A stretch of 64,000 bases of DNA from Pholidichthys leucotaenia (lineage: Eukaryota), in contig CM035846.1 in the NCBI GenBank assembly GCA_020510985.1, forward strand, positions 202,715,081 to 202,779,080, given 5' to 3'. The notes below the pieces were generated by a model that worked only from the letters and a program-made list of their open reading frames with translations, did not search any database and was not told where the DNA came from. Each line of letters starts with the position of its first letter. Within the stretch, counting starts at the first letter, position 1. Both the position numbers and the translations under genes were made by a program. Positions 12,662 through 24,323 of this stretch are shown piece by piece.

Positions 12662-12965
12662 TAAGCGGGAGTACACAGTCGCTTTGTTGGACCGTTACTG
12701 TAAAGCTCTGGAGACAGCAGTCCAGATCTCCTGCCGTTACAATGTTCCTCCACTTCCTGGGCGAACAGTCATCCTGCTTCCCCAGTACATGAACAATGAT
12801 GCATCTTGGAGCAGGAAACTTGATTTCTGCCTCCCACCAGACCCCAAGCAAAAGGACAAAGAGGAGGAGGAGGAGGAGGAGGAGGAGGAGGAGGAGGATG
12901 AGGAAGAAGAAAACAGAAGACGGAGGAGAAGGAATGCAGATGAACTTGACAAACTCAGTCCCTCT
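12662..12965 (+). CDS. Exon: ...KREYTVALLDRYCKALETAVQISCRYNVPPLPGRTVILLPQYMNNDASWSRKLDFCLPPDPKQKDK(E)n...(R)6NADELDKLSPS
   Basis: Acceptor tgcatccag and donor gtaagc at 12966. It contains an in-frame (GAG)n microsatellite encoding poly-Glu. Confidence 0.5.
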
Positions 12966-13053
12966 GTAAGCATCTGTATTGTTTAGACAAAAATGCTTGC
13001 ATATTCAGCGCAGGTGAATCAGCTAAACCTTCTATCATTGTATGTGCTCACAG

Positions 13054-13206
13054 AAAATGGAGGTGGCGTGTTTGCTCTCACTGATGATCTGCAACAGCTC
13101 AGAGGATTGCCGGATTTGTCTTAGCAGTTACAATCACTGCGAAGAAGTCAAGCTAAAGTCTGACGTCCTTTTGGAAAATGTCAGAAGTGTGCTTAAGCAA
13201 GCTAAG
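13054..13206 (+). CDS. Exon: KMEVACLLSLMICNSSEDCRICLSSYNHCEEVKLKSDVLLENVRSVLKQAK
   Basis: Acceptor tgctcacag and donor gtcaga. Phase 0 to phase 0. Confidence 0.4.
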
Positions 13207-13398
13207 GTCAGAAGCCTTTCTTTGAAGCATTCTGATCGTTTATGATGTGAAGGGATTTAAATCTGTTTATGTGCAACAATGAACAATCAGAATTTGAATT
13301 TATGTGGATGTAGTTGAATCCTATACAGTAAGTTACACTTGGAAAAGTTATGAAAGTATTTCTGAATATTCTGAATTAAAAAATATTGTCCTTTACAG

Positions 13399-13470
13399 AA
13401 TATAGGTGACATGTCTTATGATGACCATGATGAGAGCTACTTTTACAGACAGTTCACCAAGAAAAACAAG
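13399..13470 (+). CDS. Exon: NIGDMSYDDHDESYFYRQFTKKNK
   Basis: Acceptor tcctttacag and donor gtgagt. Confidence 0.5.
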
Positions 13471-13919
13471 GTGAGTCATTTTGTCCTATGTTGATATAAT
13501 TTTGCCTCCTTCATGTTTAGTTCCAACTAGACTTTTTTTTTTCTTTTTAAACAGAAGTAGTCATTACCAAAATGATGAAATCTGGAAAAAAAAATACATT
13601 TAGACACTTAAGAAAATCGTGTTTTTGGCATCATACACAGGACTTAGTTTCCTAAATCATTTTCAGCGGTTATGCTCAGAGATCAGATAAATCCAGAAGC
13701 ACTAAATGCTTGATCTAGTTTTTTATTATACGCCTGTCAAAATACGGGACATATTGTGGCATAATGATGTTTGCCTGTCTGTCTGTATGACTTGTCTGGT
13801 GAACAACTCCTAAAGTTTTCTAGCTAGGACTTTGTTTTTAAATTTCACACAGTGCTTGTACACGTATTGAAGATGTATATATTGTAGGGGTTAAAAGATT
13901 TTCTGATATTTTCCTTAAA

Positions 13920-14330
13920 ATTTGATTAAGAAGGAAGAAACCTCAAGCAGAACCAGGGTCAGGGAGGGACAGTCATCTATTGGGATTGGCTGGGGGGTGA
14001 GGGGATAGAAGAGAAGAAGAAAAGAACAGACATGTAGAGAACAAATGGCACGATGGGGATTCAATCTATGGGAGAGAACAAACTGAGGTTAATGACCAGC
14101 AAAAATATTATGTTGAGTGAAGAAAGAAGTGAAACCCAGTGCATCATGACAGGTCCCCCGGCTGTCTAAACCTATTGGCAGCAAAAAGGAAAGCTTTAAC
14201 CCTTTTCTTAAAAAACAGAGATTGAGTCTGCCTCCCTAATTGGCAGATTGGCAGCTGGTTCCATAGGAAAGGAGCCTGATTTCTACGCCACCCCCCCCAC
14301 CCCCCGGTCTTAAGATTTTGATCCGGAGTG
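13920..14330 (+). repeat. Copy of a ~400-bp dispersed repeat (...gaaacctcaagcagaaccagggtcagggagggacagtcatc...gggattggctggggggtgaggggataga...); a second copy lies at 47570-47990
   Basis: The two stretches align over ~380 bp at about 85% identity. Confidence 0.6.
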
Positions 14331-14629
14331 TATATCAAAGCTGTCACACTATTGCTTATAGACTTCAGGCTGCTTTTCTGTCTGCATGTTTCAGCATCTG
14401 TGGGAAAGCATCCTTATGGTATTGTCAGTTCCCAGATCAGATTCACTTTTTATGTTCAGTCCATTTTTCAGCTGGTCAGGGGCAGAGTATGGACTTTGCA
14501 ATCCCAAAAAGGTGCCTGTGGGGGAAAAAAAAAGTGGTTCTTGCTGACATGTAGGTTTCATAGAAATGCAGAGGTTGTTGTGAGTATACATTTGTTTTAT
14601 CAAGACTTTGAAATACTTTTGTCTCTCAG

Positions 14630-14751
14630 GTGAACAACATCATATTGTTCTGCGATTACTACGCCAGTGGTGAGATGGAGTGTGCTGTCAAGAGCTACAG
14701 GAGCAAAATAAACAGCAAAGTCCTGGAGGTGAAAATCTTCCTATCAGAGAA
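14630..14751 (+). CDS. Exon: VNNIILFCDYYASGEMECAVKSYRSKINSKVLEVKIFLSE
   Basis: Acceptor ttgtctctcag and donor gtaagt. Confidence 0.5.
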
Positions 14752-14831
14752 GTAAGTTTTAGTTCGGTAGAAATTTATTGACCTGGTTCTCTCTCTGTAT
14801 ATTTGTTTATAATTTCTGCTATTGCATCTAG

Positions 14832-14897
14832 TCACTCGAAAGACGCACCTGACGCCAACTGCGTGAATCTGACAGGCTTCAGTGAGCAACTGCTCAG
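14832..14897 (+). CDS. Exon: (N)HSKDAPDANCVNLTGFSEQLL
   Basis: Acceptor attgcatctag and donor gtaaaa. Phase is consistent with its neighbours. Confidence 0.4.
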
Positions 14898-16819
14898 GTA
14901 AAATACAGAGCTTTTACTTTTGATTCCAGTGTTAATGGCCATGTTGAATAAATTAAAGCTGCAGGATGTTCAAATCCTGTCTTAAGTGTTGGATCAAGGA
15001 CCTGATCAAGGCTTTTTTTTTTTTTTTTTTTTAAAAATGCGATCAGTACTGGGGTCACTGGGTCCACTTGAGTTCAGATCTACAAATGTGGACAAATTTG
15101 TTTGTTAATAAATTAATGAATTAATTATCTCTGAAATAACTTGAAACTAATACAAGTTTAATGATATCCCTTATTGTTTATATCATACTAGCAGCAATAC
15201 CTGGTGAATGTGGCATACGTATTCACCCGGTGATGATACTACAACAGCAATGTGAAGGAGCTGCTGACCAATCGCTGCCCCTCCCAGAGTTCATCTGGGC
15301 TGCAATGAATATACAGTATAGCTTATATTGACCTGACATGCATCTCTCCAGAAATGTAACTACACATCATGGCAACGTCCTTTCCTAGACAGCACTTTAC
15401 GCACAACAATGTCAGCATTACATTATTATTTACTTAAAAAGTTGATGTTTTCAAATGTCAATAATGCATTGTTTTTATGTAGCATTCAAGGAGGGTTATT
15501 GCTCCAGTATTACTACATTCTCAAGGGTTTGTAAAGCATTAAACATGTATTAATTTTTTCATACTTTTTTATTGCACAAAGTAAAATGCACCACTGACAA
15601 TAGCATGTAGGCTTTAAACATGTAATTGACATTTATTTACCTCATTTACTGAATGCATTACTTTATTCTTCAGTCATGATAGTGTTTTACTCTTATACTG
15701 TATGTCTTTTGATTTTTACAGCTGTTTTACTTGAATGAAATTTATGTTCTGAAATTTGTTGCTTGTCACTTTGCTGCTTTTGTCTGAAGCTTTCATGTTT
15801 TTCCCACTTAAATTTGTCTCATAAATTTATAACATTTTTTTTCTCAAATTTTACATTTTCTTGTAAATTTGCAACTTTTCTTAGAGCTGACATTTTTCTC
15901 AAACTTCCTTTTTTTTCCTCAAATCAGCTTTTTTCTTTGTAAGACTTTCTGATACTTAGGTTTTTTTCCCTCAGAAATTTGCTACTTCTTGTAAATCTGC
16001 AATGTTGATATGGATAATGGTTAAATTTTGTTGCATGTTCAGCAGTGCAGGTTTATTTTTTCTGCTGATCTGGACAATGATCCAATTTTATTTTTAGTGT
16101 TTTTGTTGGGAGGGAAGTTTTTTTTGGTCAGTTTTAAAGGCTTTGGTGGATAGATGGATGGATCTTCATAAAAAGACATCTTCCTGGGTCTGCTTACAAA
16201 CATTTTAAATCCACAATAATTCACGCTTTTCTATCAGTATACTAATATTGTTTTTAATAGACAATTCAGTCCAAATTTAAAAGAATGTTGAGGATGTTGG
16301 CAGACACAGAACATTGTATGAGTCAATCTAACTACCGTATTTTTTGGACTATAAGGCGCACTTAAAATCCTTTAATTTTCTCAAAAATCGACAGTGCGCT
16401 TTATAATCCGGTGCGCCTTATGTATTAATTCTGGTTGTGCTTACTGACCTCGAACCGATTTTATGTGGTACACGGCGCTCAAAAATCTGTCAAAAATGTT
16501 TTAGTACGACTTTGGTAAGCTACAAAGCCGAACCGCTTGATGGATTGTCGGAGCATTACGGTAGTCAGGAGCCTCGCGGAGTAATATGTGCTTCAACATA
16601 ATGGCCGGATGGCTTTTTCCACAAATTTCCATCCCTATTGATCTGCCACTCCATGCGCGCCCATCTCACCGATACTGTCAAAACCCAAGTGAAGCAAACT
16701 AATTCGGAGCTTGCCATCATTCTGGGTGGATTAACCAAAGAACTCCAGCTGCTATATTGGTGTCAACAGGTCGTTCAAAGTTAAATTGCTAGCGAGTTAC
16801 GCCACTATCTGCCAATGGA

Positions 16820-17419
16820 TCGTGGATCGAAACTGCTCCTGTTTAGCTGTAATTAATATTCAAAAATGATATTTTCGGGACGAAAGAATTCAAGCGTCCC
16901 GGCATTTGTTTGCATTGTTTACTTCTCGGGGCTGCCGCCGGAGAGCGAGCCGTATCGAGTACCAAGCGAGTATCCTGGCCACTATGGCGATGTAAACAGC
17001 CACGGACCAAAAAACGTACATTTGCTCGTGGAACAGGTCATTCACACTCGCAGACAATCGCGCTATATGTGTCTATAATGACTATAGATAGGATTTTCTT
17101 TCCATGCACGCAAAAAAAAAAAAAAATTCCCAGATCAGACTACCTCGCGAGGTAGTCGATACCCAAAAGCCGATGGTGTATAGAACACGTATATTAAGAT
17201 TTGTATGTGAAATTTCGGCATCGAAACTGCTCCCGTTTAGCTGTAATTAAATATTCAAAAATGATATTTTTGGGACGAAAGAATTCAGGCGTCCCGGCAT
17301 ATGTTTACTTATCAGGGCCACCGCCGGAGAGTGAGCCGTATCGAGTACCGAGCGAGTACCCAGCGAGTATCCTGGCCAATATGGCGATGAACAGCCACGG
17401 ACTAAAAACGTTCCGCCTG
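16820..17419 (+). promoter_or_regulatory. Two ~200-bp tandem monomers (16820-17014 and 17216-17419) upstream of L1 ORF1, separated by a ~200-bp spacer (17015-17215). Part of the spacer (17022-17110) is duplicated immediately 3' of the L1 poly-A (22959-23046). Possible monomeric 5' UTR or promoter.
   Basis: cgaaactgctcc(t/c)gtttagctgtaattaa...ccggagag(c/t)gagccgtatcgagtacc...cacggac(c/t)aaaaacg is repeated. Monomer 2 is contiguous with the 5' UTR shared with copy A. Confidence 0.5.
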
Positions 17420-17506
17420 ACTTCCGGTTATGGCTGCCACGTAGGACGGACGTGTCTCGCTCTGCTCTGCTCCTGGAAAAAAAAAATCGGCAAATAACTC
17501 TCTCAT

Positions 17507-18433
17507 TTGGGACAGAACGTATCCCAGCATTTGGGCGAGGATATGTCGGCGAAGCCTAAGGCTGGAAAACCAGGAAAAGGAAAAAGCGAGCCGCCGAAAC
17601 AGTCCAAATTAACGGACTTTCAGGTCTGTGACGCAGCAAACAAAACTCCATATATGGCGGAGGAGGCTGGCAACGCTGCGATTTCTGCGGGGAATGGCGC
17701 AGATGCGCTGATGGCAGCCATGAGTTCAATGAGAGCGGACTTTTCCTCTAGATTTGATGGGATTATGACAGCGTTGGAAGGAATAAGAAAGGAATTGGGT
17801 GACTGTGTAGAACGAACGGCGCAGATGGAGCTCCGTCTCGCTAGTGCTGAAGATGACGTCACCCGTCTTCAATTAAAGGTGCGCACTTTGGAAAAAAAAA
17901 ATAAATCTCTGGAAGATAATATTTTGGATTTGGAATCTCGGTCGAGACAGAATAATTTGAGGCTGGTGGGTCTTCCAGAGGAATCAGAAGGTCGGGACGT
18001 ATGTTCCTTTCTGGAAAAGTGGATTCCGGAGGTGCTGGGCAGCGAGGAGTTGCAATCAGCAGTGGTTCTGGAAAAAGCACATCGTATTGGCCCACGGAGA
18101 GATAAGGGACCGCCGAGGACCTTAATTATGAAGTTTCTTAGCAACAGAGACAGGATGAAGATCTTCAACGCTGCACGAGCTAAAAAAGGAGAGATTAAAC
18201 ACCAGGACCAGCAGGTGCGGTTCTACCCAGATTTGGCCACAGGAATCCAGCAATTGAGGAAGCAGTTTGATCCCGTACGTAAGGAGCTGCGCAACCTTGG
18301 GATTCGTTATGGTGTAATCTATCCTGCGAGACTGCTGACCACGTATGAGGGCAGAACCCACATCTTCAAGACCCCAGAGGAGGCGCAGGAGTTCATCAAG
18401 AAGATCAAAGAAGAAGAGACTGGTGGGAGCTAA
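17507..18433 (+). CDS. L1 ORF1p (308 aa): coiled-coil plus RRM/Transposase_22-like domain
   Basis: Intact ORF with the motifs NNLRLVGLPEESEG and LIMKFLSNRDR, typical of L1 ORF1p. Confidence 0.9.
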   Translation: MGQNVSQHLGEDMSAKPKAGKPGKGKSEPPKQSKLTDFQVCDAANKTPYMAEEAGNAAISAGNGADALMAAMSSMRADFSSRFDGIMTALEGIRKELGDCVERTAQMELRLASAEDDVTRLQLKVRTLEKKNKSLEDNILDLESRSRQNNLRLVGLPEESEGRDVCSFLEKWIPEVLGSEELQSAVVLEKAHRIGPRRDKGPPRTLIMKFLSNRDRMKIFNAARAKKGEIKHQDQQVRFYPDLATGIQQLRKQFDPVRKELRNLGIRYGVIYPARLLTTYEGRTHIFKTPEEAQEFIKKIKEEETGGS

Positions 18434-18901
18434 GCATGAACAAAATATAAGGTAGAATAATTAAGCATTTGCACAGGCATCTGACTGACTTGAAGTAAAT
18501 AGTAAGTTTACAAAATATAGATTGTATTATATATTAAAAAAACAAAACAAAAACAAAACAAACAAACAAAAAAAACAAACTATGATGTACAAAGTTGTTA
18601 AAAATTTTGGAGTTAAGTTGGAAAACTACAGAGGAGAGTTAATGTTACGTCATTAAAAGCAGTAGAGTTAGGGTGATTGGGAGGATGAAGAAGGAGTGGC
18701 TTAGGCTGTTCCCCGTGGGTGTGGAACGGTCGATGGCTATATCGGGAGACAGAATTTTTCTTTTGATTTTGGGGGGTTTGCCACAAGTGTGGGAAGGGGA
18801 AATTTGTTTGTGTGTAGTTTGTAGGATGAATGTTCAACCACTCATGTTTTTGCTTCTCTGTATGAGCATGTTTACACTGCAAGGTAATCCCAAACTCTCT
18901 A

Positions 18902-21900
18902 TTGATCATGGACCAAAGTGTTAACCTTAATTTAACTTCATGGAATTGCAGAGGTCTACAAAATTTAAAAAAGCTTAAACAAGTTATGAATAAAATAAAG
19001 GACATGGGTTCAAGAATTGTGTTTTTACAAGAAACTCATCTGATAGAGGAGGATGTTAAAAGAATTAGGAGTAGATGGCAGGGAAGTGTATTCACCTCTT
19101 CATTTTCATCCCGAGCCAGGGGAGTTATGACTCTCATACATAAATCAGTTCCTTTTCAAGTGAAAAATGTAATTGGAGACAAATTTGGAAGATATGTAAT
19201 CATTCAAGGTTCTTTGCTATTAGAAAATATAAATCTTGTGAACTTATATGGTCCCAATATAGATGATCAGAAGTTCTTTGCTAATTTATTTCTCATCTTA
19301 TCATCACTTACAGGGCAACATATAATAGCAGGGGATTTTAATTGTACATTGAATCCAGGTGTGGATAGATCAACAGGACTGGATTGTACGCACATTGGAT
19401 GTAGGATGACTATTAATCATTTTATGAAAGAATTGAGATTGTTAGATATATGGAGAGAAATGAAACCACAAGTTAAAGCCTATTCTTGTTATTCCAGTAC
19501 CTACAAGACATTCTCACGTATTGATTATTTTTTGATTTCCACAGAATTAAGGTCCAAGATTCAAAACTGCTTTTATGATAACATCGTGATCTCTGATCAT
19601 GCACCCTGTTGTCTAATATATGTAGATAAAAAATTGACAAAGGAATCAGGTAGATGGCAATTTCAGCATAAATGGCTTCAGGATGAGGAATTTGTCAAGT
19701 ATACAGAAAAACAGATAGACGAGTTCTTTGACATCAATACTACACAAACATCAGCATGTGTAAAGTGGGAGGCTTTCAAAGCTTTTATTAGGGGACATAT
19801 TATTAGTTATACAGGATCAAAATCTAAGAAGACTCGAGAGGAGAGAGCTAAATTGGAACATAAAATAAAAAATCTTCAGGAAAAAGTGTATGCAGGAAGT
19901 GACCCAAGGTTGGAGAATGAATTACTGATTTTGAGAGCTGAATACGACAAAAAATCAGCGAATAGAGCTGCCTCGAGTCTTCTAAGATTGAAACAATCTT
20001 TTTATGAACAAGGTGAAAAATCAGGAAAATTATTAGCATGGCAGATTAAACAATTGGAAATTAAAACACCAATTACCAGTATTATAAGTAATGGACAGGT
20101 AGTTATAGATCCTTTAGAAATTAATAGAGCCTTTAGAGATTACTATGAAAAATTATATGATACCAAAAATGAACCTGATTTAACAAAACTAAATGGGTTT
20201 TTGAACGAACTATCTATACCGTGTATACCAAATGAAAACAGGGAGATATTGGAGTCTAAAATTAGTCAAGAAGAAGTTGGGCTAGCCATTGATAATATGA
20301 AATCAGGAAAAAGTGCAGGACCAGATGGTCTTCCAGTTGACCTTTATAAAAAATTTAAGAATAAATTAATAAAACCTTTTTTGGAAATGGTTTTAGAAGC
20401 ATTTCAAAATAATAATTTACCATCATACATAAATAATGCCTTAATTATACTGCTGCCAAAACCAGGTAAGCCCTCTAATAAATGTGAAAATATGAGACCA
20501 ATAAGCCTATTAAACGCCGACCTTAAGATAATCTGTAAAATTTTAGCAAGACGAATACAAGAAATTTTACCAAATATTATTAATCGAGATCAGAATGGCT
20601 TTATAAAGGGTAGACAAGGCTTCCATAATGTAAGAAGACTATTTAATATTATTTATTTTAATAAAGAAGCACCGGATACAGCTCTCCTATCATTGGACGC
20701 CGAAAAGGCCTTTGATAGAGTTGAATGGCCCTTTCTTTTTGAAGTCCTACAAAGGTTTGGACTTGGAAATAATTTCATAAAATGGGTTCAAATAATATAC
20801 AATAATGCTACAGCAGAAATCCTAACAAATAACAATATTTCAAAACCAATAAAAATCAATAGAGGATGTCGACAAGGCTGTCCACTTTCACCTTTACTGT
20901 TTACTATGGCAATTGAACCTTTAGCGATAGCGATACGTTTACATTCACAAATATATGGAATTAAAGTTGGACCAACAGAACATAAAATCTCCCTGTACGC
21001 CGATGATATAATTTTGTTTATGTCGAATCTAAAAAAATCAATTCCAACCTTGTTGAATTTAATAAAGAATTTTGGGGAAATATCAGGATATAAAATAAAT
21101 AAAACTAAATCTTCAATATTAATGCTAAATGAGACCCAGAGAAATTACCCAGCCCCTGAGGTAAATCAATTCAATGTTGTAAATCAGTTTAAATATTTAG
21201 GAATCCAAATTATGCCTAAGCTAGAATCAGTCGCCAGTGTCAACTATGAAGCCTTAATGTCAGATATCAGTGAGTTAACTCAGAGATGGATGTCACTACC
21301 AATGTCGATGATCGGGAGAATCAATATACTTAAAAGTAATATTTTACCTAAAATACTTTATTTATTTCAATACATTCCCTTATCACCACCTTTAGATCTA
21401 TTCTCAAGAATAAAAAAAAAGTTAGTGGAATTTATATGGAACAACAGGAGGGCTAGATTACGTTTGTCTTTATTATATTTACCATTTGATCGTGGAGGTC
21501 TGAAATGTCCAAATTTTATGTTGTATTATTGGTCGGCACAACTGAGGTCTATGACATATTATTTTTCATCAAATGATCTCCCTCACTGGACTGAAATGGA
21601 ATCATACAATTTACCTTTACCTCTTCCCATATTCATATACTCAGATTCGGCAAAAAAATTACAAAAACAAGTTAAAAATCCATTTGTAAAGCATATGATC
21701 AAAATATGGTGTGAAGCTAAAAACTATTTAAAAGAACCACAGTTATTGTCACAATTTAGTCCAATATGGGGTAATCAGTATTTTAAACCAGGGAGAGCGG
21801 ACGCTGTATTTAAAGTATGGAATTTAAAAGGGATACAAAAGATTCAGGATTTATATTTGCCATGTGCAGACAACATAATGTCTTTTGAAGAGCTGAGGAC

Positions 21901-22705
21901 CAAATTTAATCTCAATAGAACACATTTTTTTAAATATCTTCAACTTAGAAACTTTATTCGATCAAATCAAAATAAAGCTCTCACTCGACCTATTTATTCA
22001 TCCTTGGAAAAAATGATGATGAAAGATAGTAAAAGAAAGGGTATTATTTCAGAGTTTTATAACTCATTGACACTATCTTCAAGTGAAAATTCACTGAAAA
22101 GATTAAACTACTGGAAAGAAGATCTGCAAATTGAAATTTCAGAGGAACAATGGGAATTGGCTTGTACAGAAGCTCAAACCAAATCAATAAATGCACGCCT
22201 TAAATTGATACATTTCAAATGGTTAATGCGGATGTATGTTACACCGGAGGAGTTAAATAGATATAACAAAAATATACCAGATACATGCACAAAATGCATG
22301 GAAAGTAAAGGAACCCTATTTCATTGTTTATGGGAATGTAGATTAATAAGAATGTTTTGGGAAGAGGTGAGGGTAACAATTGAAAAAATAATCTCAAAAC
22401 AAATCATATTGAATCCTAAACTGTTTTTGTTGGGTCTGTACCCAGAAAAGCATAATTTTAATAAAAGTGAAAGAACATTCATAGACCTCAGTTTGCTTAA
22501 TGCCAAAAAATGTATTGCACTATTATGGAAAAAGACTCATAGACCAGATGTGACTCAGTGGTTAAGACAGATGTTAACAAACCTTCCATTAGAAAGAATA
22601 ACATATATACTAAAATCAAAGGAAATTGTGTTTGAGAATATATGGAGACCTTTTATTGATTATGTAAAAAATTTAAACATAACTCTTGAAGAAGAAGGTG
22701 AATGA
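18902..22705 (+). CDS. L1 ORF2p (1267 aa): APE-type endonuclease, reverse transcriptase (FADD box) and C-terminal CX3C...HC zinc-knuckle-like domain. It is apparently intact.
   Basis: Single uninterrupted ORF with an N-terminal endonuclease (QETHL...), RT motifs ([18 protein letters not shown]) and the C-terminal [18 protein letters not shown]. Confidence 0.9.
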   Translation: MIMDQSVNLNLTSWNCRGLQNLKKLKQVMNKIKDMGSRIVFLQETHLIEEDVKRIRSRWQGSVFTSSFSSRARGVMTLIHKSVPFQVKNVIGDKFGRYVIIQGSLLLENINLVNLYGPNIDDQKFFANLFLILSSLTGQHIIAGDFNCTLNPGVDRSTGLDCTHIGCRMTINHFMKELRLLDIWREMKPQVKAYSCYSSTYKTFSRIDYFLISTELRSKIQNCFYDNIVISDHAPCCLIYVDKKLTKESGRWQFQHKWLQDEEFVKYTEKQIDEFFDINTTQTSACVKWEAFKAFIRGHIISYTGSKSKKTREERAKLEHKIKNLQEKVYAGSDPRLENELLILRAEYDKKSANRAASSLLRLKQSFYEQGEKSGKLLAWQIKQLEIKTPITSIISNGQVVIDPLEINRAFRDYYEKLYDTKNEPDLTKLNGFLNELSIPCIPNENREILESKISQEEVGLAIDNMKSGKSAGPDGLPVDLYKKFKNKLIKPFLEMVLEAFQNNNLPSYINNALIILLPKPGKPSNKCENMRPISLLNADLKIICKILARRIQEILPNIINRDQNGFIKGRQGFHNVRRLFNIIYFNKEAPDTALLSLDAEKAFDRVEWPFLFEVLQRFGLGNNFIKWVQIIYNNATAEILTNNNISKPIKINRGCRQGCPLSPLLFTMAIEPLAIAIRLHSQIYGIKVGPTEHKISLYADDIILFMSNLKKSIPTLLNLIKNFGEISGYKINKTKSSILMLNETQRNYPAPEVNQFNVVNQFKYLGIQIMPKLESVASVNYEALMSDISELTQRWMSLPMSMIGRINILKSNILPKILYLFQYIPLSPPLDLFSRIKKKLVEFIWNNRRARLRLSLLYLPFDRGGLKCPNFMLYYWSAQLRSMTYYFSSNDLPHWTEMESYNLPLPLPIFIYSDSAKKLQKQVKNPFVKHMIKIWCEAKNYLKEPQLLSQFSPIWGNQYFKPGRADAVFKVWNLKGIQKIQDLYLPCADNIMSFEELRTKFNLNRTHFFKYLQLRNFIRSNQNKALTRPIYSSLEKMMMKDSKRKGIISEFYNSLTLSSSENSLKRLNYWKEDLQIEISEEQWELACTEAQTKSINARLKLIHFKWLMRMYVTPEELNRYNKNIPDTCTKCMESKGTLFHCLWECRLIRMFWEEVRVTIEKIISKQIILNPKLFLLGLYPEKHNFNKSERTFIDLSLLNAKKCIALLWKKTHRPDVTQWLRQMLTNLPLERITYILKSKEIVFENIWRPFIDYVKNLNITLEEEGE

Positions 22706-23403
22706 TGTGTGTGGACCTTGTAAATTCCAAACTGGTGAACATAATATGTATACTTATGTATTGGATTGTCTAGACTAAACAGAGGAGCATTGTTGAAGAT
22801 TTGATTTTGTTGGTGGTTGTTGGTGTTTTTAGTGCATTTTTTTTTTTTTTGTAGTACTTTAGTGTTAGTGTTTGATTGTTTGTATCATGTTTGTTAAAAA
22901 AAAAAAAAAAAAGGTTCAATAAAGATATTGTGGAAAAAAAAAAAAAACGTTCCGCCTGCTCGTGGAACAGGTCATTCACACTCGCAATCGCGCTATATGT
23001 GTCTATAATGACTATAGATAGGATTTTCTTTCCATGCACGCAAAAAAATTTTTTTTCCCGGCTCCGACTACCTTGCTTTAATGCGCCTTATAATCCGGTG
23101 CGCCTTATGTATGAAAATAGACCATCAAACAGACCGTTCATTGATAGTGCGCCTTATAATCTGGTGCGCCTTATAGTCCCAAAAATACGGTAATAATTTG
23201 CTATAAAAACTTAGTCGACAGCAGTGGCAGTGGGTCTGCATACTGTTTTCTTTTTTCTCTGTTGGCACCGATCATGTGAGAAGTTGTTCTCCGCTCTTGT
23301 CCATTGCTATTTAATAAATAAAAAGACACAATTTGAACACAAATCACTGGACACAGCAGAAACCCTTTTTGACAATGCAAGAATGCATTCAGAGCAATGC
23401 AGA

Positions 23404-23798
23404 AATGTGACCCGTGCTGGCAAAATGAGTTGGACTGTGCACCGTGTCATTATGAGCTACAGGCACAAGAAGTCATAAATCATGACCCTTTCTTTGTTTG
23501 CTAGTGGCAAGTCCCGGGAAAACTCCCGTGAGTGCCTGGTATCATTGTAAAGCTTAGAAATCGTACTTTCTAAAAATACATATGTTTTGGCAGAAGACGT
23601 AACTCCTGACCAGTCAAATGCGAGTTTTAAACCTAGCCAAAATATAAACAAATTGGCTCCTTCCGGATCCATTTTTGCGCACTTCCTACAAATTAAATAT
23701 CATTTTGAAGGTCTTTCAATACAGAATATAGAAAAAATGTTACCTCAGTTTTGATAATTTCCTCAAAGTGACTCATTTTGCCTGCACGGGTCACAAAT
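23404..23798. mobile_element. MITE (~390 bp) with ~25-bp TIRs: (a)tgtgacccgtgctggcaaaatgagt ... actcattttgcctgcacgggtcaca. A second copy lies at 61521-61914.
   Basis: TIRs read directly. The two copies align along their whole length at about 85% identity. Confidence 0.7.
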
Positions 23799-24323
23799 AG
23801 ATATGAGTGGATTAAATGTCGGTCAGCTTCCAGCCTCCCACCTCCCCGTCACACCCCAACACGAACGGTCAGGATGCACTTGATTCCATCACTGGCGTAC
23901 AGCTCGAAAGGGATTATATGAGCAGATTAAAGTAAATAATTGTGAATATAGTTAAATGTTATTATAGTTTTGGTGTCCCAGCACCCAGCAGTAACCTGTA
24001 CCTCTGTGTTCCCATCAGTCCACTGTATTGTGGAGAGAGACCGGCGAATCCTAAACTACGCCAACCGTGTTGGCTGCGCTCGATTCCTTTCTAGGCATAC
24101 ACCTCCACTGGTAAAAGTCGGTTAGAAAAAGGTCACCTTTGACCTCGTTTATGGTCAAGCGATCAGTGAAACCATGTCAGGCGCACTCTTCAGGTATTGT
24201 GGCAGAGATGAGAGCCTGCAGTCAAGTGGCCTCTGAGTTAGCAGGGGGACAAAGTTTCTGCCACATACATACCCATACTGCAGAATACCTTTTTTATATG
24301 TATCCTTAACACAGATCAGATTT

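Larger units (their letters stand above)
16820..22947 (+). mobile_element. L1-superfamily (Tx1-like) LINE, full-length copy B, with intact ORF1 and ORF2. The 3' end is ...gttaaaaaaaaaaaaaaaaaggttcaataaagatattgtgg(a)14. The minimal element is 17420-22947, bounded by an 11-bp direct repeat cgttccgcctg at 17409-17419 and 22948-22958.
   Basis: Contains ORF1, a ~470-bp inter-ORF spacer and a 1267-aa ORF2 (APE endonuclease, RT, Cys-rich C-terminus), then the 3' UTR and poly-A. It is more than 98% identical to inverted copy A. Confidence 0.9.
16322..23196. mobile_element. TIR-bearing non-autonomous DNA element (~750 bp without the insert) split by L1 copy B. TIR is taccgtattttttggactataaggcgcac at 16322-16350 and its reverse complement at 23168-23196. 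It contains repeated cgccttataatccggtgcgcc subterminal motifs.
   Basis: TIRs and subterminal repeats read directly at 16350-16440 and 23080-23170. The termini resemble those of the element hosting copy A through a shared ...ctataagg... core. Confidence 0.6.

Noticed and set aside
12737-12973. Minus-strand ORF encoding poly-Ser
   Set aside because: It is antisense to the (GAG)n coding microsatellite of the gene exon and is not a gene.
17620-18361. Four 78-99-aa ORFs on the minus strand overlapping L1 ORF1 (mirrored at 10330-11071 on the plus strand of copy A)
   Set aside because: They are antisense reading frames within a conserved coding sequence and occur identically in both L1 copies. They show no motifs and are compositional artefacts.
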